Positions 1 to 10,756 are shown, counted from the stretch's first letter. The stretch is 64,000 nt of DNA from Kiritimatiellia bacterium (GCA_050178035.1 JBFXGK010000001.1:128679-192678); one strand, 5' to 3'. The notes: generated by a model not told the origin, from the letters alone. Program-made: numbers and translations.

Positions 1-827
1 GGGGCGAGGACAAGCTGCAGGTTTTTGAATTCACCGCACAGGGCTTTGTATGTGCTGAGAAGCGCCTTTTCTTCGCCCGGCCATGTGGATCCGCCCAGCA
101 GGATCGGGGCATTGGCGTCCATGCCGGCTGCCTTGAGAATGGACGCGACTTTTTGCTCACCCGCGGGATCTTTGCCCACCACTTCGTATTTGGCGCTCCC
201 CATCACCTTCACGTTCTGTTCGGGCGCGCCAAGGCTGATCAGGCGGCCGGCATCGGCCTGGCTCTGCACGTAGAGCATGTCCACCATCGCCAGAATTCTT
301 TTCGTAAAGATCCGCACCTTGCGGTAGCCCCGGTAGGAATGATCGGAAATGCGCCCGTTGACCAGCACGACCGGAGCGCCTTTTTTCTTTGCCAGGCGGA
401 TCAGGTTCGGCCACAGCTCGCATTCGACCAGGATCAGCGCGGCGGGATTGATCCGTTTGAGGATGCGCCGCATAACGCCCGGGAAGTCCACCGGAAAATA
501 GATGAGAACATCCTCATCGCTGATTTTCTTCCGCGCGATGGAGTAGCCCGTGGAGGTGTTCGTGGAGAGCACAAAATGCGCATTGGGATTCCGGCGGCGG
601 ATTTCCTCCATGAAGCGGAACGCGACAAAAACCTCGCCTACGCTGACGGCCTGAATCCAGATGTGGCGGTTGGCGGCCAGTTTCGCGCGGATGGACCGGC
701 TGTAGAATCCGAGGCGCTGGATGAAATTGCGGGCGTAGCCGCCGCGCCGCAGCATCCGATAGATGAATTTCGGAAGCATCAGCACGAAGCCGACCGCAAA
801 CAATATGTTGTAAACAATCCAAACCAT
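1..827 (-). CDS. waaA: 3-deoxy-D-manno-octulosonic acid (Kdo) transferase WaaA/KdtA, N-terminal part; gene continues beyond window start
   Basis: Own translation of minus strand from ATG at 827: MVWIVYNILFAVGFVLMLPK...HIWIQAVSVGEVFVAF...ECELWPNLI...VNGRISDHSYRGY, matching the conserved WaaA N-terminus. Absent from ORF track because truncated by the window edge; + strand ORF 153..881 is its antisense shadow. Confidence 0.8.
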   Translation of the reverse strand, partial: MVWIVYNILFAVGFVLMLPKFIYRMLRRGGYARNFIQRLGFYSRSIRAKLAANRHIWIQAVSVGEVFVAFRFMEEIRRRNPNAHFVLSTNTSTGYSIARKKISDEDVLIYFPVDFPGVMRRILKRINPAALILVECELWPNLIRLAKKKGAPVVLVNGRISDHSYRGYRKVRIFTKRILAMVDMLYVQSQADAGRLISLGAPEQNVKVMGSAKYEVVGKDPAGEQKVASILKAAGMDANAPILLGGSTWPGEEKALLSTYKALCGEFKNLQLVLA

Positions 828-843
828 CAGAAATCCGTTCCGG

Positions 844-1833
844 TCACGCGCGCGGGTGCGCCTGCTGGTACACCTCTTTGAGCCGCTCAACCGTTATATG
901 CGTATAAATCTGCGTGGTTGACAGGCTGGCATGGCCTAAAAGCTCCTGAACACTACGTAAATCGGCCCCGTTGTCGAGCAAATGCGTCGCAAAACTGTGC
1001 CGCAGCACATGCGGTGAATGCTCCGGGTTCAGATTGGCCGCCTGCAGATATTTTTTCATCATCCGCTCAATGGACCGCGTGGTGATCCGCCCGCCCTGCC
1101 GGTTCAGAAAAAAACCCGCGGCCCCGGGCCTTTCACCAATGCTGATGCAGAAGGCGTCCCGCTTGTCCACCGCTTCACGCAGCGAACGCGAGGCCGGTCC
1201 GCCCAGCGGGCACAGCCGCTCCTTTTTGCCCTTGCCGCGCACCTTGATGATGCCCGCAAGAAAATCCACCTGCGACGTGGTCAGCCCCGCCAGCTCGCTG
1301 ACGCGCATGCCCGTGCTGTAGAGCACTTCCAGGATGGCCTTGTCGCGGGCCGTTGCGTAATCCATCCACGCCTTGTCGCCGGGCGACTGCGGCGCTTCCT
1401 GCTGCGCGGCGACAAGTTTGGGGGCATCCAGAAGCCGGTTGACTTCGGCCACCGAGAGCACCTCCGGCAGATATTTCCCCTTCTTGGGCATCGCCAGCCC
1501 CGAGAACGGATTGAACGTCACCATTTCCTCGCGGAGCATGTACCGGAAAAACGACCGCATGCTGGATAGCTTGCGCAGAACCGTCGTCGGGTTGCGCCCG
1601 TCCTTCATCATGTGCACAAGGAACTTGCGGCCCGCGTAGCGATCGCACTGCTTCCAGCCGTAGGGCGGCTTCGCATCGGCACCCCACGAAAAGACGATGA
1701 ACTGCTTGATGTCCAAAAGGTAGTTGCTGATCGTGTGGCGCGAGGCGTTTTTCTCGCCCTCCAGATAATCCATGAACGCCGCCAGCGACGGATCGGCCTC
1801 CTTGCGCTGGTCTTTGGCTTTGCCCTCGTTCAT
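844..1833 (-). CDS. tyrosine recombinase, XerC/XerD family
   Basis: ORF 844..1875; C-terminal catalytic motifs (HVLRHSFATHLL, LLGHASLSTTQIYTH). Start moved to ATG at 1833 (MNEGKAK...) to avoid overlap with gatB; 1875 is the alternative. Confidence 0.8.
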   Translation of the reverse strand: MNEGKAKDQRKEADPSLAAFMDYLEGEKNASRHTISNYLLDIKQFIVFSWGADAKPPYGWKQCDRYAGRKFLVHMMKDGRNPTTVLRKLSSMRSFFRYMLREEMVTFNPFSGLAMPKKGKYLPEVLSVAEVNRLLDAPKLVAAQQEAPQSPGDKAWMDYATARDKAILEVLYSTGMRVSELAGLTTSQVDFLAGIIKVRGKGKKERLCPLGGPASRSLREAVDKRDAFCISIGERPGAAGFFLNRQGGRITTRSIERMMKKYLQAANLNPEHSPHVLRHSFATHLLDNGADLRSVQELLGHASLSTTQIYTHITVERLKEVYQQAHPRA

Positions 1834-1840
1834 GCCGGGT

Positions 1841-3262
1841 TCAGCCGAGATTCTTCTTGAGGATTTCGATGACAACGGCCGGATTGGCCTTGCCCCTGCT
1901 GAGTTTCATGACCTGTCCCACGAGATGCTGCAGGGCGGCTTCCTTGCCCGCTTTGTAGGCGGTCACGGATTTTTCATTTTCGGCAATCGCCTGTTTCGCC
2001 ATTGCCTCCAGCGCGCCGGTGTCGCTGACCTGCGCCAGCCCGCGCGCCTTCACAATCGCAGCCGGATCGCCGCCCTCTTCCAGCATCACGGCGAATACTT
2101 CCTTTGCGCCGGTGCTGCTGACGGTTTTGGAATCGACCAGCTTGATCAGCGCCGCCAGAGCAACGGGAACGATCTTGAGGTTCCTGATTTCAATCTCCTG
2201 CGCCGAAAGCACGCGCATGACTTCGCTCATGACCCAGTTGGAAGCCGCTTTGCCGTTGCCGGAGAGTTTTGCGGCCTCCTCAAAATAGTCGGCCACATTT
2301 TTGTCGGCCGCCAGCACGCCCGCGTCATATTCGGGAATGCCGTACTGCGCCATCATCCGCTCGCGCCGCTTCGCGGGCAGTTCAGGAAGCTGACAGCGCC
2401 ACTGCTCAACGATTTTCTCGTCCAGCACCACGGGCATGAGGTCGGGTTCCGGGAAATAGCGGTAGTCGTGCGCGTATTCCTTCGAGCGCATGGCCAGCGT
2501 GACGCCGGCCACATCATCCCAGCGACGCGTTTCCTGCAAAATGGTCCCGCCCTTTTCCAGAACGGAAATCTGCCGGGCGATCTCGGCTTTGAGTGCGCGG
2601 TGCACGCCCTTGAACGTGTTCATGTTCTTCAGTTCGGTTTTGACGCCCAGCTTCTCCTGCCCCTCGGGGCGGACGCTGCAGTTCACGTCGCAGCGCATGT
2701 TGCCCTCTTCGAGATTGCAGTCGCTGATGCCGCCGTAGACCAGAATCTGCTTGAGCGCCTGCAGATAGGCAAAAGCCTCGTCGGCCGACTCGATCACCGG
2801 CTCCGTTACAATCTCCATCAGCGGCGTGCCCGCGCGGTTGAAATCCACGCCGCTGTAATTTTCGAAATGGATGTTCTTCGCGACATCCTCTTCAAGGTGA
2901 ATGCGCGTGACATCAATCGAACGCTTGCCGGCTTCCGTTACGATATCAACCGACCCACCGAGGCACAGCGGCTGATCGTACTGTGAAATCTGGTAGTTTT
3001 TGGGCATGTCGGGATAGAAATAGCTCTTGCGGTCAAACTTGCTGTACGTGTTGATCTTGCATCCGATCATCAGCCCGGTCATTACCGTGAGGCGGACGGC
3101 CTCCTCGTTCAGCACCGGCATTGCGCCCGGATAGCCGAGGCATACCGGACAGACATGCGTGTTGGGCTCGTCGCCGAAATCCTTCCGGCATCCGCAGAAA
3201 ATCTTGCTCTGCGTCTTGAGCTGAACATGCGTTTCCAGACCTATGGTGACTTTGTAGTTCAT
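1841..3262 (-). CDS. gatB: aspartyl/glutamyl-tRNA(Asn/Gln) amidotransferase subunit B
   Basis: 473 aa; N-terminus MNYKVTIGLETHVQLKTQSKIFCGC typical of GatB; full-length. Confidence 0.95.
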   Translation of the reverse strand: MNYKVTIGLETHVQLKTQSKIFCGCRKDFGDEPNTHVCPVCLGYPGAMPVLNEEAVRLTVMTGLMIGCKINTYSKFDRKSYFYPDMPKNYQISQYDQPLCLGGSVDIVTEAGKRSIDVTRIHLEEDVAKNIHFENYSGVDFNRAGTPLMEIVTEPVIESADEAFAYLQALKQILVYGGISDCNLEEGNMRCDVNCSVRPEGQEKLGVKTELKNMNTFKGVHRALKAEIARQISVLEKGGTILQETRRWDDVAGVTLAMRSKEYAHDYRYFPEPDLMPVVLDEKIVEQWRCQLPELPAKRRERMMAQYGIPEYDAGVLAADKNVADYFEEAAKLSGNGKAASNWVMSEVMRVLSAQEIEIRNLKIVPVALAALIKLVDSKTVSSTGAKEVFAVMLEEGGDPAAIVKARGLAQVSDTGALEAMAKQAIAENEKSVTAYKAGKEAALQHLVGQVMKLSRGKANPAVVIEILKKNLG

Positions 3263-3382
3263 CTCTTCATTTCTTTCATGCCCGAGCCATTATCATAAAT
3301 GAGTGGACTGAACAAGAGATTGGTTCGAGGGATGATCAAAGACGGATATTATCTGACAGGATCAACAGGATTTACGAGATTC

Positions 3383-4228
3383 TCAGCCCAGCATTGTGTT
3401 GTCAATCAGGCGGGGTTGGCCGATCCAGACAGCAAGGGCAACAAGAGATTTCCGGTTAAGGGTTTCGATTTTCTGCAGCGTCTCCCAGTCCACGATTTCG
3501 GCGTAATCAATCCGGGCTGCGGGAAACTTCGCTATGTGTGCGCGCATCGCCTCTTTAATGGCCGCCGCCGAGCGCTCGCCTTTTGCGTGCATTTTTTCGG
3601 CAATATCCAGCGCCTGTCGCAGACACAGGGCCTGCGGGCGTTCCTCCTTTGTCAGGAATACGTTCCGTGAACTCATGGCCAGCCCGTCGGACTCACGAAC
3701 GGTCGGACCCGGAATGATTTCCAGAGGGAAGTTCAAATCTTTCACCATCTGCTGAAGAATTCGAAGCTGCTGGGCATCTTTCCGGCCAAAAACGGCGATG
3801 TCTGGCATGACGATGTTGAACAGCTTGGCGACAACCGTCAGAACCCCCTTGAAATGGCCTTCACGCGACGCCCCGCAAAGCTCGCGGCTCAGAAATTCGT
3901 TGTTCACATAGGTTGTTTCGCCGGGCGGATACATTTCCTCAACCGGCGGATGGAAAATGATGTCTACCCCTTCGCCCTCGCACATTTTGCGGTCACGCTC
4001 AATATCGCGCGGATAGGCCGCCAGGTCAGCGGCCACATTGAACTGCTTCGGGTTCACAAATATGCTGACCACGACCACATCGGAATGCTTCTTCGCGATC
4101 CGCAGCAACGACAAATGGGCCTCGTGCAGATATCCCATCGTCGGCACAAAACCAATCTTCTTCCCCTGCCGCCTCAAGTTTTGAGCGGTCTTCTGCATTT
4201 CGGCTATGGATTCGATGACTTTCATCAA
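3383..4228 (-). CDS. panC: pantoate--beta-alanine ligase
   Basis: 281 aa; motifs [16 protein letters not shown] and [12 protein letters not shown]; start overlaps panB stop (ATGA). Confidence 0.9.
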   Translation of the reverse strand: MMKVIESIAEMQKTAQNLRRQGKKIGFVPTMGYLHEAHLSLLRIAKKHSDVVVVSIFVNPKQFNVAADLAAYPRDIERDRKMCEGEGVDIIFHPPVEEMYPPGETTYVNNEFLSRELCGASREGHFKGVLTVVAKLFNIVMPDIAVFGRKDAQQLRILQQMVKDLNFPLEIIPGPTVRESDGLAMSSRNVFLTKEERPQALCLRQALDIAEKMHAKGERSAAAIKEAMRAHIAKFPAARIDYAEIVDWETLQKIETLNRKSLVALAVWIGQPRLIDNTMLG

Positions 4229-5022
4229 TACCCGTGTGATTCGGTCGGGAACCGGCCCTGCTCGACTTCGTCCTTGTAGCTGGTCAGGGCGCGGGTGATT
4301 TCGGTGCCGAGTTCGGCGTAGCGTTTCACGAAGCGCGGCTGATTCCCATGATAGAGGCCAAGCAAATCGTGCCAGACCAGCACCTGACCATCACACCCGG
4401 GGCCTGCACCGATTCCAATGGTTGGAATATTTATCGAGGCGGTAATTTCTGCCGCCAGTTTCTGCGGAATGCATTCAAGCACCAGCGAAAAAGCTCCGGC
4501 CTCGGCCAGGTCTTTCGCGTCCTGTTTGAGCTGCTCCGCATCTTGTTCTGTTTTGGCCTGAACCCTGAACCCTCCAAAAACATTTACGCTCTGCGGGGTC
4601 AAACCAAGATGGGCCTGCACCGGGATCCCGTTGGCCACCATTCGTTGAACCAGTTCAACGCGCACGGCCCCGCCCTCGACCTTGACGGCATCAGCCCCGG
4701 CTTCTTTTAAAAACCGCCCGGCATTGATCAATGCTTCGTCTTCGGAGCCCTGATAGGAAAGAAAAGGCATGTCCGCCACCACCATGGCCTGTTTCACGGC
4801 TCGCGAAACCGCGCGGGTGTGGTGAAGCATTTCTTCCATGGTGACGGGAAGCGTTGTGTCGTATCCAAGAACAGTCATGCCCAGCGAGTCTCCCACAAGC
4901 ACCAGCGGGATGCCCGCCTCGTCCGCGATCCGGGCGGATGAAAAATCATAGGCCGTGATGCAGGCAATTTTCCGCTGACCCTTCTGGGCCTTGATCGTGA
5001 GCACTGTCCACTGTTTTTTCAT
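4225..5022 (-). CDS. panB: 3-methyl-2-oxobutanoate hydroxymethyltransferase
   Basis: ORF 4225..5073; [24 protein letters not shown] motifs. Start set to ATG at 5022 (MKKQWTVL), just after folK stop. Confidence 0.9.
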   Translation of the reverse strand: MKKQWTVLTIKAQKGQRKIACITAYDFSSARIADEAGIPLVLVGDSLGMTVLGYDTTLPVTMEEMLHHTRAVSRAVKQAMVVADMPFLSYQGSEDEALINAGRFLKEAGADAVKVEGGAVRVELVQRMVANGIPVQAHLGLTPQSVNVFGGFRVQAKTEQDAEQLKQDAKDLAEAGAFSLVLECIPQKLAAEITASINIPTIGIGAGPGCDGQVLVWHDLLGLYHGNQPRFVKRYAELGTEITRALTSYKDEVEQGRFPTESHGY

Positions 5023-5023
5023 T

Positions 5024-5527
5024 TTACCAGTCTTCCGAAACAAGCTTGGCATTCCCGGTGTCGCCGAACGCATCCAGCAGTTCTTTCACCGACATTTTTG
5101 CGCCGGGCAATTTCAAGTCGGGGCGGATATCCGCGAGCGGCCGCACCACGAATTCGCGCCTCTGCCAGCGCGGATGAGGGATGGTGAGTTTTTCCTCGTT
5201 GATCACGAGACTGCCGGTGAAGATGATATCAATGTCAATCGTGCGCGGATCGTTCGCATGCTGTCCCCGGCGGCGCCACATGCTGCTTTCGATCTGCTGC
5301 ACGGCGGACAGCCATTCAAACGGGGTTTTCACGCTTTCGAATATCAGAACCGCATTCAGGAATACCATGTCCTTGTAACACTCGCGCACATCCACGGGAC
5401 GGGTTTCATAAAGTCTCGATTTCGCCGCCAGTTCAACATCATCCAGCGCCATGAGCGCCTCCATGGCGCGGTGCAGGGAATCCTGCCGGTTTCCGATGTT
5501 GCTTCCCAGACTGAATCCCGCTTCCAT
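5024..5527 (-). CDS. folK: 2-amino-4-hydroxy-6-hydroxymethyldihydropteridine diphosphokinase
   Basis: ORF 5024..5578; FSLGSNIG...RLYETRPV...IDIDII motifs; start set to ATG at 5527 (MEAGFSLGSN). Confidence 0.85.
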   Translation of the reverse strand: MEAGFSLGSNIGNRQDSLHRAMEALMALDDVELAAKSRLYETRPVDVRECYKDMVFLNAVLIFESVKTPFEWLSAVQQIESSMWRRRGQHANDPRTIDIDIIFTGSLVINEEKLTIPHPRWQRREFVVRPLADIRPDLKLPGAKMSVKELLDAFGDTGNAKLVSEDW

Positions 5528-5531
5528 CGCC

Positions 5532-6038
5532 CTATTTCCCCGCTTTCTTCCCAAGCGCGTAATGCAGCAGGATCTCATCCGTTTTGTAGAGCCGCCTGCA
5601 GGCCTCGCGCGCGATGTTTAAAATCACCATGCCGAATATATCCTTGTCCGTTTTGTAAAGCGAATGGATCGCCTCGCGCGAAAGAATGATCAGTTCCGTG
5701 TCCTCCATCGCCACGGCGGTGGCCGAGTGCGGCTGAATGCCTATCACCGAGGTCTCGCCGAAGCACTGCCCCGTGCCGAATTCAATCAGTTCCATGGTTG
5801 TGCCGTCCACGTCCACCACCATCTTCACACGCCCCGACTGCACAATATAAATGTGGCTGGGCCTGCCGCCCTGCTCAAAAATCATCGTCCCTTCTTTATG
5901 GTGCATCGAACCCAGCAGCGGAAATATCCGATGCAGTTGCTCATCGGTCAGCCCGCCCAGCAGAGAAATCTGGTTGAGGATCGCCATGACGCGGCTCACA
6001 TCCAGCGGGAACTGCCTCTCCTGCTCGGAAAAGCTCAT
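5532..6038 (-). CDS. stand-alone cyclic-nucleotide-binding domain protein (no HTH)
   Basis: C-terminal 168 aa of ORF 5532..6401 from MSFSEQERQ; cNMP-binding fold signature (IYIVQSGRVKM...GQCFGETS...ATAVAMEDTELI). The upstream 121 aa of the ORF overlap dapB in another frame and are rejected. ATG at 6038, 1 nt after dapB stop. Confidence 0.7.
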   Translation of the reverse strand: MSFSEQERQFPLDVSRVMAILNQISLLGGLTDEQLHRIFPLLGSMHHKEGTMIFEQGGRPSHIYIVQSGRVKMVVDVDGTTMELIEFGTGQCFGETSVIGIQPHSATAVAMEDTELIILSREAIHSLYKTDKDIFGMVILNIAREACRRLYKTDEILLHYALGKKAGK

Positions 6039-6039
6039 C

Positions 6040-6843
6040 TTAGAGGCCCAGCACGTCCTGCATGGTATAAAGCCCAGGCTTTCGGCCCGCGACCCACGCA
6101 GCCGCGCGCAGTGCGCCCAAAGCAAAGGTCTCGCGGCTTGTCGCACGATGCGAAAGCTCAAGGCACTCGCCTTCGGCCGCAAACAGCACCGTGTGGTCGC
6201 CGATGATGTCTCCGCCGCGGACAGCGTGTATTCCGATCTGCTCACCCGGACGCTCGCCCACGAGGCCGGAACGCCCGTGAACGGCCACGCGGTTGAGGTC
6301 CCAGCCCAGCCCGTCCGCCGCCGACTTTGCCAGCGTGACCGCCGATCCGCTCGGGGCATCTTTCTTGCGGCGGTGATGCCGCTCGATGATTTCCACATCA
6401 TAGCCCTTGCCTGACAGCGCCTTCGACGCCTGTTTAACCAGGGAGAAGAGCAGATTCATTCCAAGGCTCATGTTGGCCGAAAAAACCACCGGCACCTTTT
6501 TAGCCGCCTCGTGGACCATGCCCTCCTCATCCGCCGACATGCCGGTGGTGCCCACCACCAGTGCAACTCCAGTCTGCGCAGAAATTCTTGCATGCTCGGC
6601 CGTGTTCGTATGGAAACTGAAGTCAATCATCACATCAGAAGCCCTGGCCGCAGCGGCCACGTCCGTCGTGAAAAAAACGCCCAGCTTGCCGGCCGCGCCG
6701 GCATCACTGCCAAGCGCTGTGAAATCGGGCCGCTCGACCGCGGCAGATATAGCGAGATCCTGCACAACCCCTGTTTGCACTGCACGGATCATGGCTTGAC
6801 CCATGCGTCCGCCGGCCCCAATAATCGCGACTTTTTTTGTCAT
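6040..6843 (-). CDS. dapB: 4-hydroxy-tetrahydrodipicolinate reductase
   Basis: 267 aa; N-terminal Rossmann VAIIGAGGRMG, ERHHRRKKDAPSG motif. Confidence 0.9.
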   Translation of the reverse strand: MTKKVAIIGAGGRMGQAMIRAVQTGVVQDLAISAAVERPDFTALGSDAGAAGKLGVFFTTDVAAAARASDVMIDFSFHTNTAEHARISAQTGVALVVGTTGMSADEEGMVHEAAKKVPVVFSANMSLGMNLLFSLVKQASKALSGKGYDVEIIERHHRRKKDAPSGSAVTLAKSAADGLGWDLNRVAVHGRSGLVGERPGEQIGIHAVRGGDIIGDHTVLFAAEGECLELSHRATSRETFALGALRAAAWVAGRKPGLYTMQDVLGL

Positions 6844-6856
6844 GTCTTTTCCTTCC

Positions 6857-7723
6857 TCAAATGAGGTTCACTTCGCGCAGGCAGTCCGCCAGCTTCTTCT
6901 TGAGCGCATCGCTCATCGGGCACAGCGGCAGACGGTAGACCTCCTCGATCCTGCCCATCATCGCAAGCGCGGCCTTCACCGGAATCGGATTGGTGTCCAG
7001 GAACAGGTCGCAGAACAAGCGGTGATACTTCAGATGAATCTTGCGCGCATCTTCCCAGCGTCCCGCCAGCGCATCGGCGACCATCGCGGATACCGGCTCC
7101 GGCGCCACGTTCGTGGCGACGCTGATCACGCCAACTGCGCCGACGACCATCATGGGGAGTGTCAGCGAATCATCGCCCGACAGAATCTCAATGTTGCACA
7201 GCCTGCGGATATGGCTCACGCGGTCCACGCTTCCGCCCGCCTCCTTCACACAGACAATCTGCGGATGCTTTGAAAGCTCGGCAATCGTCTCGACGGCGAT
7301 CTCGCGCGAGGACCGGCCGGGCACATTGTAGAGCACCACCGGCAGGCCGAGGTCGGCCACCGCCGAAAAGTGCGCGATGAGTCCCGCCTGGTTGGGCTTG
7401 TTGTAGTAGGGCGTCACCTGCAGCGTGGCGTCCACGCCCATTTCCTTCACGGCCTCCGTCAGTTCAATGGCCTCGGAAGTGGAGTTGGCGCCCGTGCCGG
7501 CGATGACCTTTGCGCGGCCCTTGCAGCGCATGGCGACGGCGCGAATCACCTCGAGGTGCTCGTTCATCTCCAGCGTAGGCGACTCGCCGGTCGTTCCGAC
7601 CGGAACGATGCCGGTCACCCCGCCTTCAATCTGCATCTCCACCAATGCGTCAAGCCTCTCGTAGTCCACCGACCCGTCCTTGCGGAACGGCGTGACAATC
7701 GCGGTATATGTACCTTCAAACAT
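6857..7723 (-). CDS. dapA: 4-hydroxy-tetrahydrodipicolinate synthase
   Basis: 288 aa; TAIVTPF...GIVPVGTTGE...YNKP motifs. Confidence 0.95.
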   Translation of the reverse strand: MFEGTYTAIVTPFRKDGSVDYERLDALVEMQIEGGVTGIVPVGTTGESPTLEMNEHLEVIRAVAMRCKGRAKVIAGTGANSTSEAIELTEAVKEMGVDATLQVTPYYNKPNQAGLIAHFSAVADLGLPVVLYNVPGRSSREIAVETIAELSKHPQIVCVKEAGGSVDRVSHIRRLCNIEILSGDDSLTLPMMVVGAVGVISVATNVAPEPVSAMVADALAGRWEDARKIHLKYHRLFCDLFLDTNPIPVKAALAMMGRIEEVYRLPLCPMSDALKKKLADCLREVNLI

Positions 7724-7752
7724 GCTTTGCCTCCATCGGCCTTTTCAAAAAG

Positions 7753-7829
7753 TTCCAATGATTGGAAGTTTCTTTCTGAAAAGTTCCAACCATTGGAAAA
7801 TCTAAACACGATTCCTCCAATGATTGGAA
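7753..7829. promoter_or_regulatory. array of three 7-1-7 palindromes TTCCAAT-N-ATTGGAA, 31-bp centre spacing, 30-106 bp upstream of dapA start
   Basis: Read directly: TTCCAATGATTGGAA 7753-7767, TTCCAACCATTGGAA 7784-7798, cTCCAATGATTGGAA 7815-7829. Confidence 0.5.
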
Positions 7830-7919
7830 GTTTTTACGCATTATTTTCCAGCGGCTGGAACTTAAAGTCAGCCTCCGGCCGACACCCGGAACGCTGGTGT
7901 CCTTCCGCAGAAAATCCGC

Positions 7920-7974
7920 GAAAATGCAAAATTTCGCAAAAAATTGGCATTTTTGACCGTTTTTTGCCATTTTT
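7920..7974. repeat. phased A/T-tract array, left part (interrupted by IS insertion)
   Basis: gaaaatgcaaaatttcgcaaaaaattggcatttttgaccgttttttgccattttt; T/A runs recur every ~10-11 bp. Confidence 0.5.
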
Positions 7975-9290
7975 GCACATCTGTCCCAGTATTACCGCCA
8001 CAGCATCAACTGGTTAGAAGAGGGAGGTGTTTCTGGGGAGGCGTCTGCCTGCTGAAAAGCCTGTAAAATGGGCACTTTTTCAAATAGCGAGACACTCAAG
8101 ACCTGTAGAATAATGTAGAGTGAAGCTTCTATTTTCAGCCGCTTCTTTATGATGGCGACCAGCAGATATACTGTGATCGCAATCCAGATTTGAGATTTAA
8201 CCGCATTGGGCGAGGTTCCGTAGAATGACTTGATCCGCAGATTCTGCTTGATCCATTTAAAAAATATTTCGATGTTCCAGCGGCCCTTGAAAAGTTCTGC
8301 AACCGTGAGGGGAGGAAGTGAAAAATTATTGGTAAGGAAAACCAGCGTCCGGTTTTCCTGATCACGATACTTGATGCGCCGGAGATGTTCCGGAAAGTAT
8401 CGGGCTGTCTGTGTACCCGTGAGAATGATGGTCTGATCGCAAAGGATGCCGCAGTCTCTATCGGATGGATGGGAGTAGATACGTTGGAACTGAAGATTGG
8501 ATCGGGCCCGTGTAACAAAATAGGCTTTAAGCGAGTGTAGCAGATAAAGGCGTTTGAAATCCAAATAGGCGCGGTCCATTACATAGTAGGCTCCGGGAAC
8601 CGGCAGGATGTGATCCAATACACTGGCATCACCTCGTTTGCCATCTGTAATCAGTATATATTCCGGGATATTGCCGGATAAGTTGAGAAGGGTATGCATC
8701 TTCACGGCCCCTTTGGTCCGGCAGAAATGAGCCCAAGGAAACATCGAAAGACACAGGTCGATCACCGTTGAGTCCAATGCGTATACATCGGCACCCAAAT
8801 CCGGCATCAGCGGATCATCCGCGTATAATCGTCTGGCCTCAGGAATCAGGACGTGAGCAAAATCAGCGTAGATGCGCCAGTCCCGGGTTTCGTTCGCAAC
8901 AGAAAGATTGTTGCGCGAGACGCGACTGTGAATCCCCAAGTGGTACAGCTTGCCGCTCACAGCCCGCAAACAGGATTCGATGTCCCGCAAACTTTCACGG
9001 CAAGTCAACTGAGCAAAGGCCATCACACGGAACTGCTCAGAGCACCGGAACGTCTTCACCTTGTAATCGCCCTGATAGCGATTCACCAACGTCTGAAATC
9101 GCCACCAGGGCAACTGCTGCATCAGCTGAGAAAATACGGTTGTTCCAGAATACATAAGGTTGATCTCCTCCTCCTGATCAACCTTATAGGAAAAACCAAT
9201 TTCAAGTCGGAAAGGATGTAATATCAACACATCCTTATGATGTAACGTGCGTTATAACTATTTTATGCGAAAACGTTGGGACAGATGTGC
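7975..9290 (-). mobile_element. IS element, IS4-family-like, ~1.3 kb, with terminal inverted repeats and flanking direct repeat
   Basis: Perfect 14-bp inverted repeats gcacatctgtccca (7975-7988) and tgggacagatgtgc (9277-9290); flanking direct repeat cattttt at 7968-7974 and 9291-9297 (7-9 bp depending on exact IR end); one DDE transposase ORF inside. Confidence 0.8.
7992..9155 (-). CDS. DDE transposase (IS4 family-like)
   Basis: ORF 7992..9230; start set to ATG at 9155 (MYSGTTVFSQLMQQLP...). Candidate DDE residues in YALDSTVIDL, YVMDRAYLDF, WNIEIFFKWIKQNLRIK. Confidence 0.85.
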   Translation of the reverse strand: MYSGTTVFSQLMQQLPWWRFQTLVNRYQGDYKVKTFRCSEQFRVMAFAQLTCRESLRDIESCLRAVSGKLYHLGIHSRVSRNNLSVANETRDWRIYADFAHVLIPEARRLYADDPLMPDLGADVYALDSTVIDLCLSMFPWAHFCRTKGAVKMHTLLNLSGNIPEYILITDGKRGDASVLDHILPVPGAYYVMDRAYLDFKRLYLLHSLKAYFVTRARSNLQFQRIYSHPSDRDCGILCDQTIILTGTQTARYFPEHLRRIKYRDQENRTLVFLTNNFSLPPLTVAELFKGRWNIEIFFKWIKQNLRIKSFYGTSPNAVKSQIWIAITVYLLVAIIKKRLKIEASLYIILQVLSVSLFEKVPILQAFQQADASPETPPSSNQLMLWR

Positions 9291-9350
9291 CATTTTTGGG
9301 CTTTTTGGGGGCATTTTTGACCATTTTTTGCACTTTTTCGTGGTTTTCAG
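9291..9350. repeat. phased T-tract array, right part (continuation across the IS)
   Basis: catttttgggctttttgggggcatttttgaccattttttgcactttttcgtggttttcag. Confidence 0.5.
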
Positions 9351-9371
9351 GTTGATGTTTTAAGGGCTTAG

Positions 9372-10739
<1,368 letters not shown>

Positions 10740-10756
10740 ATCAAATGAGACAAATC

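Noticed and set aside
153-881. 242-aa + strand ORF at the window start
   Set aside because: Antisense shadow of the waaA gene; His/Arg/Gly-rich composition with no recognisable motifs, whereas the minus-strand frame gives a clear WaaA N-terminus.
1772-2986. 404-aa + strand ORF
   Set aside because: Lies entirely antisense within gatB, which has unambiguous family motifs; typical long spurious ORF in GC-rich DNA.
5532-6401. 289-aa ORF as a single protein
   Set aside because: Its N-terminal 121 aa overlap dapB in a different frame and are Arg/Ser-rich nonsense; only the C-terminal 168 aa from the ATG at 6038 form a cNMP-binding domain.
7920-9350. Possible CRISPR array or tandem-repeat locus suggested by the periodic repeats
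   Set aside because: Period is about 10-11 bp with no unique spacers and units are degenerate T-tracts; not CRISPR. No cas genes in the window.
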